A stretch of 64,000 bases of DNA from Scyliorhinus canicula. Its lineage: Eukaryota. The notes under the pieces were generated by a model, which was given only the letters and a program-made list of their open reading frames with translations, did not search any database and was not told the DNA's origin. The stretch lies in the NCBI RefSeq assembly GCF_902713615.1, contig NC_052160.1, forward strand, positions 28,107,379 to 28,171,378, written 5' to 3'. This document shows, in pieces, positions 59,680-64,000 of this stretch (position 1 is the first letter of the stretch; every line of letters starts with the position of its first letter). Both the position numbers and the translations under genes were made by a program.

Positions 59680-61005
59680 AGTGAAAGTTAACTACCGACC
59701 GGTGGCCCTGACATCTATTATTATGAAGCGCTTTGAGAGGTTGGTCATGAGACACATCAACTCCAACCTTCCAGATTGTCTTGGTCCACAGCAATTTGCC
59801 GCAACCGGTCCACAGCAGATGCTCTCCTTGGCCCTACACTCACCCCTGGAGCATTTTGACAACAAGGTCACCTACGTCAGACTCCTGTTCATGACTACAG
59901 CTCCACCGTCAACACCATAATCCCAGCCAAGCTCAACTCCAAAACCTAGGACTCGGTTCCTCACTCTGCAACTAGATCCATGGCTTCCTAACCCACAGAC
60001 TGCAATGTACAAGGATAAACAACGACACCTCCTCCATGACAGTCCTCAATACCAGGGCCCCACTAGGGGCTGTGTACTTCGCCCCTTACTGTCCTCCCTA
60101 TGCACACATGACTGTGCGGTAAAATTCGGCTCCAACACCATCTACACGTTTGCTGATAACACAACCCTAGTGGGGCGGATCTCAAACAATGACAACTAAG
60201 AGTACAGGAGGGAGATAGAGAACTTAGTGGCATGGTGCAATGACAACAAGCTCTCTCAATGTCAGCAAAACTAAAGCGCTGGTCATCGACTTCAGGAAAC
60301 AAAGTGTCATACATGCCCCTGTTTATATCAATGGTGCCGAGGTGGAGATGGTTGACAGCTTCAAATTCCTAGGTGCAAACATCACCAACAATCTGTCCTG
60401 GTCCACATACATCAACGCTATGACCAAGAAAGCACAACAGCACCTAGATTTCCTCGGGAAATTAAGGAAATTTGGCATGTCCACATTGATTTGTACCAAT
60501 TTCTATAGATGTACCATAGAAAGCATCCTATTGGCTGCATCACAGCTTGGTGCGGCAACTGCTCGGCCCAAGACCGTAATAAACTACAGAGTCGTGAACC
60601 CACCTCCCCTCCATGGACTCTGTCTACACCCCCTGCTGCCTTGGGAATGCTGACAGCATAGTTAAAGACCCATCCCACAAGGTTATTCTCTCTTCCATTG
60701 GGCAGAAGATAGACAAACATTTGAGAACACGCATCAGTAGATTCAAAAACAGCTTCTTCCCCGCTGTTACCAGACTCCTGAATGACGCTCTTAGGGTCTG
60801 AACAGATCTCTCTACGCATTTTCTCTACAGTTGTTGCACTTTATACTATATACATCACCCGCTGTCTGTTTTTATGTATTTGCATTATGTGTCCACATGT
60901 ATTTATCATATATTCTATGTTTTCATGTGTTGAGCGATCTACCTGGACTGTACGCAGAACAATACTTTCATTGTACCTTGGTACACATGATAATAAATCT
61001 AAATC
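59680..61005 (+). mobile_element. Rex1/Babar-type LINE inserted in a CR1 remnant (59320-59680 and 61006-61445)
   Basis: NYRPVALTSIIMKRFERLV, FADNTTLVGRISNND, LNVSKTKALVIDFRK, FKNSFFP; tail aataaatctaaatcta. Confidence 0.85.
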
Positions 61006-62283
61006 TAACCAGACTTGTTGCCAGGATGGCAGGATTGTCCTCTGATGAGAGAATAAGGAAATTGGGCCTGTATTCTTGAGAATTTTGAAGAATGAGTTGT
61101 GATCTCATTGAAACCTACAAAATGCTTAAAAGCGACAGACAGATTAAGATGTTTCTCCAGGTTGGAGAGTCTTGAACCAGGTACACAACTGCAAAATAAA
61201 GGGGAAGCCACTTAGGACTGAGATGAGGAGAAATCTTTTTGTGACTCTTTGGAATTCTCTACCGCGGAATGCTGTGAAAGAATTTGAGTATGTTTAAAGC
61301 AGAGACAGACAGATTTCTAAATACCAATGGCAAAAAGGGATATGGGGATAGTGTGGGAGAAGACGACATTGAAGTGGAGGATCAGCTCATGATTGAATGG
61401 CGGAGCAGGTTTGACGGGCTGAATGGCCTACTCCTGCTCCTATGTAGCCACAAGTTTTTGAAGTGTTGTCAAATGAATAGCGAGAGAGTGGCAGACTAAG
61501 CTATCTGAAGCATCTGATGCTGTGTCTCTATAAATATCCAGAAAGCATTTGTTTCAAAGGGGGGGGGGGGGGTCATAACAATGGAAACAGTTGTGTAACT
61601 GAAATCAATTTAATTGGATTAGTGTTAATGGATACAAATCTCAATGAAATGAAGACTGTTTTACACAAGGACTTAATGACAATTCTCAGCATTCACGAGT
61701 TTGTTAGGACTCGTGAGCTTTGGTCTGTCCTCGCTTCAATGATTCTTTAGAGAAACAATTTGCTCAAAACGACTCACCCACAGCAGTCGAAGTCTTTTCA
61801 ACAACCGGGCGGGGTCACCTTCCAACTCCAATCAAAACACTAAAAAAAATGTATTTTGAGCATATTATACAGTCACCAACGTGGTTTAGGTTCCTGACCA
61901 ACTAACTTCAATCGCTCAACGGGAGGGCCTCATGGAAACTTTATTCAGGTTTAATAAACTCGGATCAGCCTCTGGGCATCAAAGGGCAATAATTTATCCC
62001 TCAAGGCTGCCGACGGGGGGGGGGGGGGGGGGGGGTCAGAAAAAAAATAGCCCCCCCCTCAAACTGACAGAAAGCGCTGACTGACTGACAGAACCATCTG
62101 TACAAAAGATTCAAATCTCACACCCTAACTTTCCTATTCCCGCTCAGCAAGTTTACCAACTAACCAGCAACTATTTAGCATCTTCAACTTTGCAATAACG
62201 CACTGTGGCGGCACCGTAAGTTTCTTTGTTTCCGAATTCCCAGCGGAAAGTTTGGCGCAACTCCCAGAGTTCAGGTAACTCAC

Positions 62284-62401
62284 CCGCCGACTGCAATCGG
62301 AACCCAGAAGCGGCCCAGGCCGGCCTGGGAGTCCCTGGAGGCGGGGTGAAGCCGCGAACGATGCTGAGCTTCAGCCACCTACTCAGTCCCCGCAGTAACA
62401 T
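62284..62401 (-). CDS. NME4: NME4 exon 1 (118 nt coding), mitochondrial-presequence-like MLLRGLSRWLKLSIVRGF...FRLQSA
   Basis: CpG-rich; Arg/Leu/Ser-rich peptide with no acidic residues; donor gtgagt at 62283; phase 1 matches exon 2. Total CDS 585 nt = 194 aa plus stop. Confidence 0.88.
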
Positions 62402-62503
62402 TACTCCTGGAGCCGAAAGCTGAAGCCTCTCTCTCTGCCTCCCTCTCAACCCCGCGGTCCCGGCCCGGGGCCCGGAACCCGCGCTCCATCTGGACCACTC
62501 ATA

Positions 62504-63454
62504 CCTCCACCAATCACAAACCAGGACCATCCCCCTCCACCAATCACAAGCCAATACCATCCCCCTCCACCAATCACAAGCCAATACCATCCCCCTCCAC
62601 CAATCACAAAACAATACCATCCCCTCCACCAATCACAAAACAATACCATCCCCCTCCACCAATCACAAACCAATACCATCTCCCTCCACCAATCACAAAC
62701 CAATACCATCTCCCTCCACCAATCACAAACCAATACCATCCTCTCCACCAATCACAAATCAATACCTACCCCATTTCACCAATCACAAACCAGCACCAAC
62801 CCCTCTCCACCAATCACAAACCAGCACCAATCCCTCTCCACCAATCACAAACCAGCACTAACCCCTCTCCACCAATCACAAACCAGCACCAACCCCGCTC
62901 CACCAATCACAATCCAATACCATCCACCTCCACCAATCACAAACCAATGGCAACCCCTCTCCACCAATCACAATCCAGCACCAACCCCTCTCCACGAATC
63001 ACAAACCAGCATCAACCCCCTCCACCAATCACAAACCAGCATCAACCGCCTCCACCAATCACAAACCAATACCAACCTCTCTCCACCAATCACAAACCAG
63101 CACCAACCCCTCTCCACCACTCACAAACCAACACTAACTCGTCTCCAATCACAAACCAGCACCAACCCCTCGCCACCAATCACAATCCAATACCACCACC
63201 TCCACAATCACAAACCAATACCATCCCCTTCCACCAATCACAAACCAATACCAACACTCTCCACCAATCACAAACCAATACAATCCCTCTCCACCAATCA
63301 CAAAGCAAAACCATCCTCCTCCACCAATCACAAACCAACCAATACCATCCCCCTCCACCAATAACAAACCAGTCACAAGGCCCTCCACCAATCATTAACC
63401 AATAACTATTCCTGCAAACAGAAACCAGTATCAACCCCTCTACCAATCACAAAC
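62504..63454. repeat. About 30-bp minisatellite (ccctccaccaatcacaaaccaataccat), roughly 30 units, directly upstream of NME4
   Basis: Visible periodicity of about 29-31 bp; almost every unit contains CCAATCA. Confidence 0.95.
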
Positions 63455-63457
63455 TTT

Positions 63458-64000
63458 TGATGATACGAAGATTGGTGGAGTTGTGGATAGTAAGGAGGGC
63501 TGTTGTTGGCTGCAAAGAGACATAGATAGGATCAGAGCTGGGCTGAGAAGTGGCAGATGGAGTTTAACCCTGACAAGTGAGAGGTTGTCCATTTTGGAAG
63601 GACAAATATTAATGCGGAATACAGGGTTAACGGTAGGGTTCTTGGCAATGTAGAGGAGCAGAGAGATCTTGGGGTCTATGTTCATAGATCTTTGAAAGTT
63701 GCCATCAAGTGGATAGAGCTGTGAAGAAGGCCTATGGTGTGCTAGCGTTCATTAACAGAGGGATTGAGTTGAAGAGCCGTGAGGTGATGACGCAACTGTA
63801 CAAAACCTTGGTAAGGCCACATTTGGAGTACTGTGTGCAGTTCTGGTTGCCTCATTTTAGGAAGGATGTGGAAGCTTTGGAAAATGTGCAAAGATTTACC
63901 AGGATGTTGCCTGGAATGGAGAGTAGGTCTTACGAGGAAAGGTTGAGGGTGCTAGGCCTTTTCTCATTAGAACGGAGAAGGATGAGGGGCGACTTGATAG
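63458..64000 (+). mobile_element. CR1 fragment nearly identical to about 54850-55397, running off the window
   Basis: Direct sequence similarity from gatgatacgaagattggtggagttgtggatag to gggcgacttgatag. Confidence 0.93.

Noticed and set aside
62504-63454. CRISPR-like array, or coding repeat ORFs (62446-63446)
   Set aside because: No unique spacers, vertebrate context and no cas genes; the ORFs are minisatellite translations.

Overview
Repeat-dense vertebrate genomic DNA, not prokaryotic. The V-SINE/CR1/Penelope repeat content suggests a cartilaginous fish, probably a catshark (inference). Three spliced genes were reconstructed by hand with GT-AG junctions and consistent phases. (1) The 5' part of TELO2 on the minus strand: coding exons 6142-5811, 3734-3457 and 2749-2681, probably continuing left of the window. 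(2) Complete RNPS1 on the plus strand: 7 coding exons, 14843-39579, 280 aa, with a split start codon AT|G. (3) Complete NME4 on the minus strand: 5 exons, 62401-46358, 194 aa. The rest is mostly nested retroelements (CR1, L1/Tx1, L2, Rex/Babar, Penelope, three tRNA-SINE families) and DNA transposons (hAT/Charlie, Tigger-like). The best signal is a TIR- and TSD-bounded hAT element (12921-13690) carrying an apparently spliced piece of HNRNPU mRNA. Other notable signals: all three promoter regions are built from tandemly amplified transcription-factor-motif units; NME4 lacks the RRK cardiolipin-binding motif; Penelope-derived mini-elements carry hammerhead-like cores; and a hairpin/G4-packed Tigger-like element splits a Charlie transposase. 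Protein and repeat identifications rest on recalled reference sequences, not database searches. Repeat boundaries without a TSD are approximate.
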